Source: Squalus acanthias (Eukaryota). From it: a DNA stretch of 64,000 nt. The translations under genes were made by a program, and so were the position numbers. Of this stretch, positions 35,801 through 47,654 are shown piece by piece. The stretch lies in contig CM059425.1 of the NCBI GenBank assembly GCA_030390025.1, positions 215,636,001-215,700,000 of the forward strand. Direction: 5' to 3'. The first letter of the stretch is position 1. Each line of letters begins with the position of its first letter. The notes under the pieces were generated by a model, which did not search any database, was not told where the DNA came from, and was given only the letters and a program-made list of their open reading frames with translations.

Positions 35801-37039
35801 TCGTGTTTAGCGCCGCCACCAACCGCCAGTTGAATTTCACGGGCGGCGCTAAAATGGCCGCGCACGGGCGGTAAGTCGTTAGCGCCCCATTACCGCCACC
35901 CCCGGAGGTGCTAATTGGAGGCACTAACCAAACAAATTTTTCCCCCCTAATGCTTTGTTACAGTTTTGAAACATTTTCATACATCTGCTATTTTATATAT
36001 TATATATATATTTACTGTGTAGAATTTTCCACAGTGGAGTTTTGCCATCTGGTTCCCATCATACAAGCACAAGGCCTCCATGTTATGACAGCAAAGGAAA
36101 GTTTGTCTTGCTGCTTTCCCTCCCAGTTTAAGATCCCCTGGTGCCATTTACCATTCCAGAGTGAAGAAGGTGGACAGACAGCCTGATCTGATGCCTCTGC
36201 CAATGCTGCACTGTAGCTGGTTGCGAGCAGGTGCATGAATGGGAAATGGCATACAGGATGACTTGCTAGCCTTGGGTAAAGTCCTGGCACCTTCCCCAGA
36301 AGTTTACCATATGGGGAAATTGCTGGCATGTACCGTATCCTTCATAGCATGGATCATTAGTACACTGAGTCACCACACCACTGGGCTGCATTTCAGTGAC
36401 AGTTATCAAGATATATATATATTTTTTCCAATGTTCCATCATTTTACATATTGGTAGTGTTACTGTACTTTTCCATACAGGGTATCTGTGGGAGCATGCA
36501 AGGATACAATAAGCATTTTGCCATGGATAATTTGTGTTGCTATGATTTTCTATAATTTGTGTCTGTTATAAAGAGTTTCAGCTGCAGTGTGAGTGATTAA
36601 ATGACCTGAAATACATATACAGCAATAAAAATTGTTTCTTTTTTCCATAAGCAGTTCATAGATCCATGACCAACATTTTCTGCCAAACTAGTTGTGTGAT
36701 TGCCACCATTCAACTTGTATTGAAAAGTCTGCCAACGCAAAAATATCTCACATGGTAAATATTACTAAAATTGGTGCAAAATACTGAAAGAGCTCAAAAG
36801 TTTAAAACTGGGAGTCCATTCAGACTTCCACATCCAATTTTCAGGAACCTAATATTGCGTTATTGGATTTAAAGATTCAAGGTGGACAAAGAGTTTGTGA
36901 AATATTAATATTCTACCCCTAGATGTTTTTAGCATGTCTTGTAAAAATGAAGGATATAGTATTCACTAAAAGTGTGAGTGACAGATAGTGGGGAAAATAT
37001 TGCATGGAATGAGTAAAGGCATAGCTTGATTTGTAATTG

Positions 37040-37175
37040 AGGTACACAGAGCAGAGGTTATCAGGTTCCATCCCCAGTCTGTTTGTATTAGCTGATCTCA
37101 GCAAGGGCAACAGTTGGGTGCTGCAGTTGGCTATTGCACAGGGAGTACACTGGATGCATAGGGCAGGAAATTCAG
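37040..37175 (+). mobile_element. Decayed LF-SINE-like fragment
   Basis: CAGGTTCCATCCCCAGTCTGT...TTAGCTGATCTCAGC...GCAGTTGGC resembles the recalled LF-SINE 5' part and 59570-59903. Confidence 0.5.
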
Positions 37176-37805
37176 TGCAAGAACAGCTCTTAGAGAGAGA
37201 TGTTACTCGCAGCTAAAGCAGAACTGCATATTGACAAATTTAGTCTTCCTTTTATGGATGGAAGTGAGGAGGGACAGGAGCAAGACTGCCTCTTTTCAGG
37301 ATGCTGCTGAGGTGGTCTTGCTCCATGAGATGCTGCAAAGAATGCTGCTCCGTTTGGAGCTGAGGAGTACCTTCTAATCAGGAACACAATTAAAACTGCC
37401 TGGTCAAGTGTCAATCCATGTCATGGGAGTAGCTGAGAAAGAAATTTTCTGGACTCAGGAAAATTGTCAAAGTAAGAGTATCAACACTTTCCCTACTTCT
37501 AGTATATGGCCAATTAGTCCACTCTCAACTTAGTGCTGTTTCACTGAGGCAGCACGCAAAGCATTCAGGTAACCTTACAGCCCTTTGACACATGGATGTG
37601 CATGCTCATGTTGCTGGCGCAGAAATATACTTGTAATGTCGCAAGTTAGCCAACTAAACACACTGTCAACACAAGTTACTTGCATACTGCACGTTTATGG
37701 ATTCATACAGATGGCATGTAGGCTTCCATGGCTACAGGAAATGTGGGAGAGGGCAAGGTTGGAGGGTTTCCCCAAGTTAAGGGCTAGTACCATATTTTAT
37801 CATTA

Positions 37806-38881
37806 TTGAGGATGAGGAGGAGGACTAGGAGGAAGAGGACGAGAAGGAGGAGGAACAAGAGGGAGGGAGGAGGCAGCGAGACAATTGGCCTTCTTGACGA
37901 GCTGTCCATGACCAGCTCATCAGACTCTGATTCACATGAATGAAACCCCAGATCCCCGTAGCTCACCACATCCCCATCATACAATCCCTGTCTCATGGCA
38001 TATCACAGCGTCCTCCTGGGTGCAAAAGTGAAATGAGCGAAACCACAAAATATTCCAAACACCATTAATAAATTTATCTCTAAACATATCACACATATCA
38101 CATAAATTCTAATAACTAATAACCCCTGTGCCTGCCATAGTTGTATAGCTGTCATTGTGTGCAAGGTGTGAGATGTGGGTGTGAGTGTTGTTAGGTAGAG
38201 ATTGTTGGTGGGCGAGTGCTGGGGGTGTGGTACATTGAGCAGCGTGTGAAGCTTGTAGTACAGATGGTGGTATGTAGCATTTGTTGAAGCCTTCACTCAC
38301 CCTGACCACCCGTGTGAGCTCGTTAAACTTCCTCCTGCACTGGGTGTGGGACCTGGGGAGCACAGTGCTGCCCGTGACGTGGTGTGCCACCTCCCTCCAC
38401 GTAGTCCGGCAGACTTGCGGTGAGGGTCTCCTGCCAGTTGGTACAGGACTGCCCGTCTTCTCTCCACTGCTGAAACCAATGCCTCCAAAGCATCCTCAGA
38501 AAACCCCAGGCTCTCTCCCTGGGGCGGCGATCTGCCATCAACATTTATAAATACGTGTTCCTTCTCTTTGTTCTTCTTCTTATGGTTGTTGAGGCAGCTG
38601 TGCACCCAACAATACTGAGAATGAGGTGCTGCAGCATCAATGGACCTCCCCTTTAAGCCTGTGGCAATCATTACTTGTGTTTAGACTACACCCGATATTG
38701 GTCCATCTTTTCAGCATAACACCAATGAGCTTCGATTTTTAGACTAGATTTATGGCTCCAATCATTTTAATGAGGAGTGAGGACAAATTTTGCGTGCAGT
38801 CTAGATGATTTTCACCTGGCGCTAATTCACCAGTTTTAGTCTAAACACTGCCCATTCCTTGGCTATAACGAATTTCTAGCC
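37806..38881. mobile_element. Harbinger deletion derivative (copy 3): transposase acidic tail (+) and Myb exon 1 (-)
   Basis: GAG-rich tail plus AAACCCCAGATCCCC as in copy 1; minus-strand FSEDALEALVSAVERRRAVLY...RSHTQCRRKFNELTRVVR; end GAATTTCTAGCC. Confidence 0.75.
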
Positions 38882-38884
38882 GAA

Positions 38885-39040
38885 CGTCTTCCATCTTCCC
38901 AATATTTAATTGGAAGAAATTGCCGCTCATCCAGGAATGGATGTTGGACCAGCACTCTGACAACACAGAGGAAGTGGAGGGGTTGAGAGAGGTGGTGGTG
39001 ATGTAGAGCTGGGTGTCATCAGCGTACATGCGGAATATGA
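38885..39040 (-). mobile_element. L2 RT fragment between two Harbinger ends
   Basis: MYADDTQLY...WMSGNFFQLNIGK. Confidence 0.85.
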
Positions 39041-39045
39041 CTTTA

Positions 39046-42000
39046 GGGCCTAGAAATTGGACACGGCCCGAAAATGGGTGGGGGCATTACCCAGCGTTAT
39101 TTGCCTGCGCCCGTTCAAAGGGTGCAGGCAGCACGCAAAATTCGTACTGTCTGCTCATTTACATGATTGCAGCGCTGATCTTAGCGCTAAACGCGCTGCT
39201 GATTGGCTTAGCGCGCAACAGGGAGGCCAATATCGGGTGCAGTCTACTAGCCAATAAAGTTTGGCCTAGGCTCTCTCCACTACTTAAAGGAGAGGTGCTT
39301 TGTAGCAGAAGCACCTCATTGTCAGTTGAAAGGAAGCCTTGGCCCAACACCCGAGAGAAAGGGTGAAATGATTTTCTGATGTGGCACTGGAGGCCTTGGT
39401 CCTGTGGGTCCAATGACACCATGATGTTCTCTACCCACAGGGGAGCAAGAGGCCTTCAAGGATGACCACAAGAAGGATCTGGGAGGAGATCACTCAATCC
39501 ATTACTGTGACGAGTGTAGTCCCCAGGACCTGGATCCAGTGCTGCAAAAAGTTTAATGACCTCACACGAATGGTCAAGGTGAGTGAAGGCATCAGCAAAT
39601 GCCATATCCCACCATCTGCACCACAAGCCTCACACACTGCTCAATGCACCACACCCCCATCACTCACCTACCAACAATCTCTAGCTATCACCACTCATAC
39701 CTCACAATCAAAGCTTTACCTCACCATCACACACTTACCACTGCTGCAAGCCTCAGACCCACATTTCACACAATGCACACACTGCCAGCTATTCAACAAT
39801 GGCAGGCACATCACCCAAACACATTGCACCACACTCACTGGCACACATCCCTTTCTCTTGCAGGTCAAGGTGGCGCATAACCGGAGAGAGCATCAGCAGA
39901 CCGGTGGAGGCTAAGCAAGAATTGACAACCTGACGGACCTGAAGGAAGCAGTGCTGGACATGTAGTGACAGAGTCCGTGGCAAGCAGAGAAGTGGAAAGC
40001 ATTGCTGATGATGACGGTATGGTCATACCTAAACCTTCTTCTCACATCCCACAATCTCTTTTCACTTACAAGCTGCTGATGGTGTATGCATGGATATCTT
40101 GCTTCGCCCCCTCCCCTCACCACAACCCGACCCTTGTGCCTTTCTCCTTTCAGATGCCCAGGAACTCCAATCTGGCCAGCCTGTCCCTGATATTCTAGAG
40201 GAGAGTGATGGAGGAGAAGAAGAAGACACATCGGCACTGCATCTGACACTCACAGACACCAGCTCAGAAAATGGCTCTGCGTGTACGTTAGAGGGTAGTA
40301 TAGAGGCGGGATCTGCACATGGTGAGTCACCGGGCACGAGTGGGCTACAGCCAGGCCAGGGGGAAAGGGTAGCTCAGGAGCCAGCTCCCCGGAAGGCAAG
40401 TTCGTGCACAAGTTCATGAGCTTGATTGGGCGGCCTTCAGAAGAATGGTGATGGGTATGCACACAGAAATGCTTGGTGCAATGGCAAGCCTGCCAGAGAG
40501 CCTCTCGTCAGTGTCAAGGAGCATGGAGGAGTCCGGTTCCAATATTGCACGAGGTTTGGCGCAGAGCTTGGAGCCCATGATTTCCAGGATGGAAATAAGG
40601 GCGACTCCATGAGAGGACTTGTGGACCCAAACATGATACTGAGTGTGATGGGCGATCTCGCAGCTTCCATTGCAGCAAAAGTGACCCAACGTCTCAATAC
40701 TGCAGTGGAAGCACAGACTGTTCTCCTGCAATCTCTGCTTGCTGCTACACAAGCACAAACTGCTGTCATCCTGACTGGGTTTACGAGTGTCAAAAGGGGC
40801 TTGCAAGGTGTCACAGCAGGCCAGCAAACTGTGCTCCAACAGATGGCTAGGAATGCTGAGGCGTCACCCCAGGGGAGTGGTAGTGGCTCTGTGAAGCAAG
40901 AACCTGCTGTTCTCTCTCAGGATGACAGCATTACTACTCCCACCACTGCCACACTACCAGTGCCCTTGCTGCTGCCTGTCATCCAGCCAACTCAGACTGC
41001 TGCCGCCCATGCTGAGGTGGTGCAGTCTACAACCAGGCCTTCTAGGTCCAGAGCTGGTCGAGGTCGTCCTGCAAGGCCATCTGTAGTTTCCCACACTAAG
41101 GGCTGAATTTTGCCGGTGCTCAGAGTGCGGGTTTGGAGGCGGGTCTGCTGTCAAAATCACAAAGATTGACAGCGGGTCAGTATCCCGCTGTAAACCCGCC
41201 TCCTTGTCAGTTTCACAAGTGCCAGGTCTGTCATCCCTGAACAGACCTGACACCAAGTGGCGGTTCAGTCAATTTAGGATGTTAGAAGCTTATTAAAAGG
41301 TTGTTAAGAACCACTTTCACATGTACTTACCATTTCACCAGGTTTTCAAAGAGGTTCCCGGAGAGCGGCTATCACGTCAGGTAGGTATGTCGGGTTCTCA
41401 ATGACTGGATTGCTGTGAATAGGTGAAAGCTGCAAAAGTGGTATAAAACCTACCATTTCACAGCTGGTCACTTCCCAATCTTAGAAGCTGGCGCATTAAT
41501 GAGTTGGAACCCACTTTTGAGCTTTATGCACTTTTGAAGTGTTTGGAGTAATCTGTCTATCCACTGTCACCTCCTTGGAACAACCTATCTCAACATTGAC
41601 AGATTACTTCTGTCAATTCAACCTCACCTGCCAATCTATTCCATCAGCATCGGTGCCCTTGAAAAAATCTCACCTTGGTCCTCAGAATCCTAACACGATC
41701 AGCCCCAACACAAGCAGCACGGGGCACATCAGCAGCACCAACATCCAAACCAACCGTCTCTGCAATCAACTGATGCTGCACAGGACAGAGGGCATCAGCA
41801 CCCGTGCACATTGCTGCCTGGGATGCCAGCGATGGCTCAACCATGTCCAGATTTGCTTTACTTAATACTGTACACCCTGGCTGCCACATGATGCACCAGG
41901 TTGGCACCATCCCACACCAGCACCATACAGCATCCCTACAATGTCCAAGCCATTCCTTTCTCACTCATCATCATTGGGAGGACGGGGGAACGTTATGTCT

Positions 42001-43190
42001 CACCATTCTCTGGAACTCACTAACACACTTTCAAAAGTGCACACAAATCTGTCCAAGAAGGCAAAGTGGTGATAATAAGGATTTCAATGCTTGACAACAC
42101 ATTAACAGAAAGTTTACACGAACATTGACTAAAACACCCAAGTGCCTACCCTTGTGTGTTGTTAGTTGGTATGATTGGACAAAGATGAGGATGAGTGCGA
42201 GGGGTGGCTAGTGAGATGGGGAAGTGATAATGTAGATAGAGGGAAGGGTGGAGGTGCAAGGTAAATTGGTGTGAATAAGGATGTGCAGGAGTAGGGTAGG
42301 GAAGGCAGAGTGATGGGGATGTGATAAGTGGCACAGCAGGATGAGGTTGAATGTGGCTTTGTAATAAAGTTTCGTGATCTACTGAGATCATTGAAAGGCT
42401 TGCGCCACTGCAGCCTGGTGCTGCTGATGACATCCCTGCTTGTGTCCTCCTGTGCAATGTGCAACCAGGCTGCATTGGTGTCCTGGGGCAGTCTCTATCA
42501 CCCATTGGAAGGGAGGAGAATCTCCCTGTGTGCTGTGACTCCCTCCATAAGCATATGGAGGGAGTCATGGGAAAGCCTGGGTGCAGCCGTGCACCTTTGT
42601 GCAGTGCTTGTCAGTGTTTGCAGCACCTCAATGCTGTAGAACACTGACAGCAGAACTGTCAAAATCAATTTGGACATGGCCCCTTTTAGGAAACCGGCTG
42701 ATGACACGACATCAAATGACACCATCTGACCTGCTTCCTATTAAATGGCCGGGAACTTCGCAGGGTGGGCTTAAGAAGCCCTATTAACGTAAATTCTTGT
42801 TGGAGGCCGGGATCGAGACAGATGCAAGGTCCCCACACCCCACGGATGTCGCTCGCCCCGGACCTGCCGAGATTGGAAAAATCCAGCCCTGAAAATCAGC
42901 AGCCTTCCACCAGCCATGCTGCAGCCAATGGAGGAGCACTTCGTAGGAGCAATAGAGTGGGAAAAGGCACACGAAAGACAGATACTAAGGGAATGCACAA
43001 GGGTGATTAGTTGACTTTGTTCTTTTGATTTTAATTTGATAAATTTATAAATTATGTTTGGAATGTGTGTTTTGTGGTGGCTCTCATTTTAACGTTGTGC
43101 CCAGGAGGACGCTGTGATGTTCCATGGCAGAGAGATGGTAAGGTGGGGAAGTGGTGAGCAATGGGGTGGAGATGAGGAAGATGGAGGATC
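39046..43190 (+). mobile_element. Harbinger copy 4, Myb-gene half (exons about 39339-39578, 39864-40016, 40154-43010), transposase lost
   Basis: TTA then GGGCCTAGAAATTGG end; WEEITQSI...RTWIQCCKKFNDLTRMVK|GTGAGT; exon 3 homologous to copies 1 and 2, ending TKGMHKGD*. Confidence 0.82.
41100..42889. mobile_element. Second-family Harbinger element nested in copy 4, with a Myb remnant (- strand, about 42375-42620)
   Basis: TIRs GGGCTGAATTTT / GGGCTGGATTTT; 3-bp flanks TAA / TGA; removal restores the host frame SHT-ENQQPST; remnant APRLSHDSLHMLMEGV...WLHIAQE...QWRKPFNDL. Confidence 0.85.
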
Positions 43191-46100
43191 CCCCACCCAA
43201 GCTGAGGGTTAGTACCATTTGTTTTTATTCAGTTGGTGCAAACTACACAGCAGCCCCTAGTTCCAGAAGGACAAACAAATGAAAAATCAACTTGTTCTTT
43301 CCAAATTAGGCTGTTCAGACCTGTCACATCTGGAGAGCATTTCAGGGACGTCTACATTCTTTTTATATTTTCTGAAATGTTGGATGTTTATAACTATCAC
43401 TGCCTGTAATTCCAACGCAAGAGCTGGAAATAGATGTGCACGACATTATGCTGCTTATTTTAATATTGAAACCAGCAGTTTGCGATTTTCAGTGAGACTG
43501 TTGAGTGCTGACTTCTTGAGTCAGCCCAGGTGCCCACCTGAATAATGTGGGAGCCTCATTAATCTATGAAAATTGGGTTCCTATGATGTACATAGGACAC
43601 CGATGCAATTTGAGGGCATACTTAGCGGAGTGTGCACTGCGGACATTCCACTCAGTAAAATCTGGCTGTCAAGAGGAACAGGCCCCAAAAATGTTGGGGC
43701 GATTTTAACTATCGGGCGGCTGGCCAGCCGACCACGTGGGCTGGCAGCCCAGTCCCACTGGCGGGAGGCCCGGTCCGTTTTGAGGGTGGGGCTTCATTAA
43801 CCTGCACTGGCAAGCTGAATATCCCAGTAGAGTACCCTGCTGCAGCTTGGCGGCTTTTCGGCCAGTGCAATTTCAGGCAGTCCGGAGGCTGACCAGGCTG
43901 GCAGGAAGGTAGGTCTGCAGCGAGCACCCAGGGTGGCAGCAGCTCACATTATTCTTGTGGAACCCAGAGGAGCACTTCTGCTCCTCCTGGCCCACAAAAA
44001 TAATTTTGGACTTACCTATTTGCGGCCTCTTCCTCTTGATCGCTGTCAATTGCCCCTATAGTGTGAGAGAAGCGAAAGAGTACAATGCATACTTTGGTGC
44101 CCTACGTAAGAGACTGTTGGGGCACTTAGACCAACTTTAGTTTTCCTTTTCTTGCATGTTTGAAACCACGTCCTTTGCAAGTTATTGTGTGTCTTGACAT
44201 GGGTTCATACTTCCTCCTATTCACTTTAAAGCACACTTCTAGAGGGCTGTGGCCAAGATAATTGTTCCTCCTGAGATGCACTTGCTCCAACAGGACTCAA
44301 TGCTAACATCTGATAAATCATGCCTCTACAAATCGTTTCTCCTTTAAGACCCAGCAACAGACAGGATCTCACACCTACAAACCTGTGAACTCCCTAAGAG
44401 GTTATTACACATCCCAAGAGCTCACTTGCTTAGGGCTCCTGAGGCAGCCAAGAAAGTCTAAATGTGGTCTGCCTTCAACCAAATTGTGGGCTTGAAGCAC
44501 ACTGTTCCTGCCTCTCCTCCATTATGGGCCAAACTGGAAGATTTACCCCATCATCTCTAAGGTTCAATTTTAAACTTTGCCTATAAATTCAGAATGTGAG
44601 AGTAGCCAATTGCTTATACTTTGTAATCTTGGAGTATAGAGTTTTCGCAATTATTAAAAAAAACCAAATAGGTATATAGTATTGGTATTTGAATAGTAGT
44701 GAAGTTATAACTGAAAAAGTATTGCTGGCCTATGTCCAAACTCAAATCTTGTTCTGGTAGAATTGAATTCTGATAAATGCATAACTAGTTTGCCAAGAAA
44801 TGTTCCGCTTGAGTCAGGATTATGCTTCATCAGAATTTTTATCTCGTTCAGATAAAAAATAGCCAGTTGGCAAACCCTTGTACCACAATCCATTTAATCT
44901 TACAGAACTAGAGCCTAAACAAAATAGAAAATGATTAATAAGTTATATTTCACACAAAACAGATTAGATTTCTAAAATAATTGGCATCTTGAGGTAGAAT
45001 ATTGCAGTTGGTTAGTTTTCATGGCGATGAACATAAAAAAGTGTTGAATAAAAACACCATATTGAATCATTTTGTCCAGAAGTGTATATAATATGAATTA
45101 GTTAAATGTACTGGAATTCTATACAATGGGAGTGAATTGGAAGTGATTCAGTACATTGGGATTTAATGCAAGGCGAATATTACGAATTTAGGGTCAGGCC
45201 TTAGCTACATGCTTGGGTTCAGTGGCACTCCCTAAGAGCTCCTTAAGAGCTGGGATAGATTCACACTGACCAATATCTAATTATATGATAGCATAACCCA
45301 GGGGTGCAACAACAGCATCTTTTTGTGACAGGAGTTGGATACGCCCAATTTCTCATTTCCTGCCACAAATCTATCCAATATTTTCAAAGGTGGACAGAAA
45401 ACACATGGTAAAATGAGGCAAGATATGAATTGTTAAGCTGCTTTATCTCACAGCAAGTGAACATGCAGAGCAAGTCATCATCGGACAGACTTAATTTAAT
45501 CAGTACAAATTGTTTTTGCGCAATAATACAAAATAATGATCATGCTAGGCTTCCCCACATTAGTGGGCCATCTTGTTTGACTAAAGTAAAATAACTCCTA
45601 ACTACCCTCCTGCATTCTCCTTCTGAACTTGGCAAAAGTTTGCCCTTGCAGCTTTCTTTTTAAAAAACCTGACTGACTGCCTATGTCTTTGTCTCTTATC
45701 AGCCCGTGTTCACAGCCAGAAGGTAAAGCCTGCGAGATGATCCCTGCCAAGCACCCAGGTCCAGAGACTTCCTAACACAATGGGTGTGAGGTGTTTGCGA
45801 ATACCGAGACAGCTTAATAAATTGCTTATTGTTTACAGTCATTGGGGAAAACAACCTCAATGTCTATCTATTAGCATATTAACCATATTTTGTTTCAGTG
45901 CTTTTTTTCCCCCCTTAAACTTGTATGAAAACACTTTGGCCCAGAATCTCCTTGGAGCCGCTGCCGCTCCGCCACCGTAATTTCACTGGACGTGCGGTGG
46001 TAATCTCGTTTGCATGTGTAAACGCAGTTTGCGCTGCAATTCCAGCAAAGTTACGATGGCAGAGTGGGAGTAGCTCTGAGCGCTGTTTTAAAAACCTAAC

Positions 46101-46487
46101 CTTTAAAAGTAACTCTTTTTCCAAATCCTTTGTGTGGAAAAATTGTCAAAAAAAATCCCAAAACGTCATAGGGAGTAAATGGAAAGTATAACCAGCTTGA
46201 GTTTCTCTCTGTCACTTCATAATGTGGTTGGAGCCATTTGTTTATATTACAACCTTATTAATACACTTCCAATCATCTTTAGTTCTCTGTTTAATGGCCT
46301 TTGCCACATTTGGCTTGCAGTCTGATTTTGTAAAATGAAAAATAAACAAAGTGTAAGGGTGAAACAACGGCAATATTTTCATTAGACTGATTTGGATATC
46401 TCCTGAACAGGTGTTGAAGTGGTTATTCAGCGTGACCACTTAAACACTTGGAAAGAAAGTTTCTCAGTTTAAAATAAATATGTGAAT

Positions 46488-46902
46488 GGTGACACGGTGG
46501 CATAGTGGTTAGCACTGGTGTCTCACAGCGCCAGGGACCCGGGTTCGATTCTGACCTCGGGTGACTGTCTGTGTGGAGTTTGCACATTCTCCCCGTGTCT
46601 GCGTGGGTTTCCTCCGGGTGCTCCGGTTTCCTCCCACAGTCCAAAAATGTGTGGGTTAGGTTGATTTGGCTATGATAAATTGACCCTTAGTTGTTAGGGT
46701 GGGGTTATGGGGATAGGATGGGATATGTTAGGGGGAATTAAATACGTGGGGGTAGGGTGGGATATGTGTACTGTGGGGATTAAAGCAGGGACAGGGTACT
46801 GGATTTGGATGATCAGCCATGATCGTATTGAATGGTGGAGCAGGCTCGACGGGCCGAATGGCCTACTCCTGCTCCTAGATTCTATGTTTCTATGTTTCTA
46901 TG
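46488..46902 (+). mobile_element. HE1/V-SINE-type SINE
   Basis: Near-identical head, V-domain and CR1 tail (TTCTATGT)n. Confidence 0.9.
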
Positions 46903-47471
46903 ACATAGCTGTTAAGAATGTAATCTGTTGTTCGCATCATTAAAGTTATAACATTGCAATTGGAAAATTATACAGGTACTGGACAATCATTTAATTTTCA
47001 AATCAAAATTGCTACAAGGAACAACACTGTATTCTTATTATCAATGACTATTTATTCATATTTTATAACTGTTGGAAGTGTTTTCAACTTTAATTCCCCT
47101 CTTCTTTAAACACTTCAACCCACACCATGCATTATTCTTCCCCCTGAGAGTGGGCAAGTGACTTGCTCAAAATTCTCTGGCAATGCCCTTTCTATAACCA
47201 AAGTCTTAGAGGTGAAGATAGTGGTTCAGGTTGACTCTCTTTGATTTCCCTCTTTTCCCATTAAGGAAACAGTTTAAACCACTCAACACCACTAATGAAG
47301 TTTTAAGAGTAATCCCAGCATTTCCCTATGGGCAACTGCAGTCACAAGGTCCTGTCCTAGCATTGTAGATAGTTTAGTAACTGCAGCTTGGAAATGTCTT
47401 TTTTTATGTAATCACATTTTTATTGCCCAGTAGGGAATGGGGGAGGAAGTGTGATATAAATAGATATTCAC

Positions 47472-47654
47472 CTGGAAAACTGGGATGAGCAGACAATGCT
47501 CTGTGGAAGGCATCAAATCCAGCTTGTCCCACAGTTGTGGGAAATAGACAATCTTCAAATGGAGGCACCATATTACGAGGACTAGCTTGGCGTATATTTC
47601 TAGAAGTTTCACTATACTGGGGTGGGTAGAAAGTCTGCAACTGACCATAATAAC
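47472..47654 (-). CDS. GLIS3: GLIS3 penultimate coding exon (183 nt, phase 1-1): GYYGQLQTFYPPQYSETSRNIRQASPRNMVPPFEDCLFPTTVGQAGFDAFHRALSAHPSFP
   Basis: Branch point CTAAT, acceptor TGCTTTGTTTTCTCTTTATAG|G, donor CAG|GTGAAT; matches recalled mammalian GFYGQLQKFCPPHY...VPSFEDCLVPTSMGQASFDVFHRAFSTH; phase fits the exon at 13191. Confidence 0.93.

Larger units (their letters stand above)
31441..35947. mobile_element. PIF/Harbinger transposon copy 2 (Myb +, transposase -; transposase 5' end deleted)
   Basis: TIRs GGGGGAAAAATT at both ends; TTAGCGCC-type subterminal motifs at both ends; TAA on the right flank. Confidence 0.88.

Noticed and set aside
43400-46120. GC-rich patches at about 43690-44140 and 45938-46100 resembling MITE ends
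   Set aside because: Only one plausible TIR each and no TSD, so boundaries cannot be supported
13055-47654. Assigning the exons to GLIS1 or GLIS2
   Set aside because: FEDCL, FDAFHRAL and DRCPSQLSS match my recollection of GLIS3; the GLIS1 and GLIS2 C-termini differ
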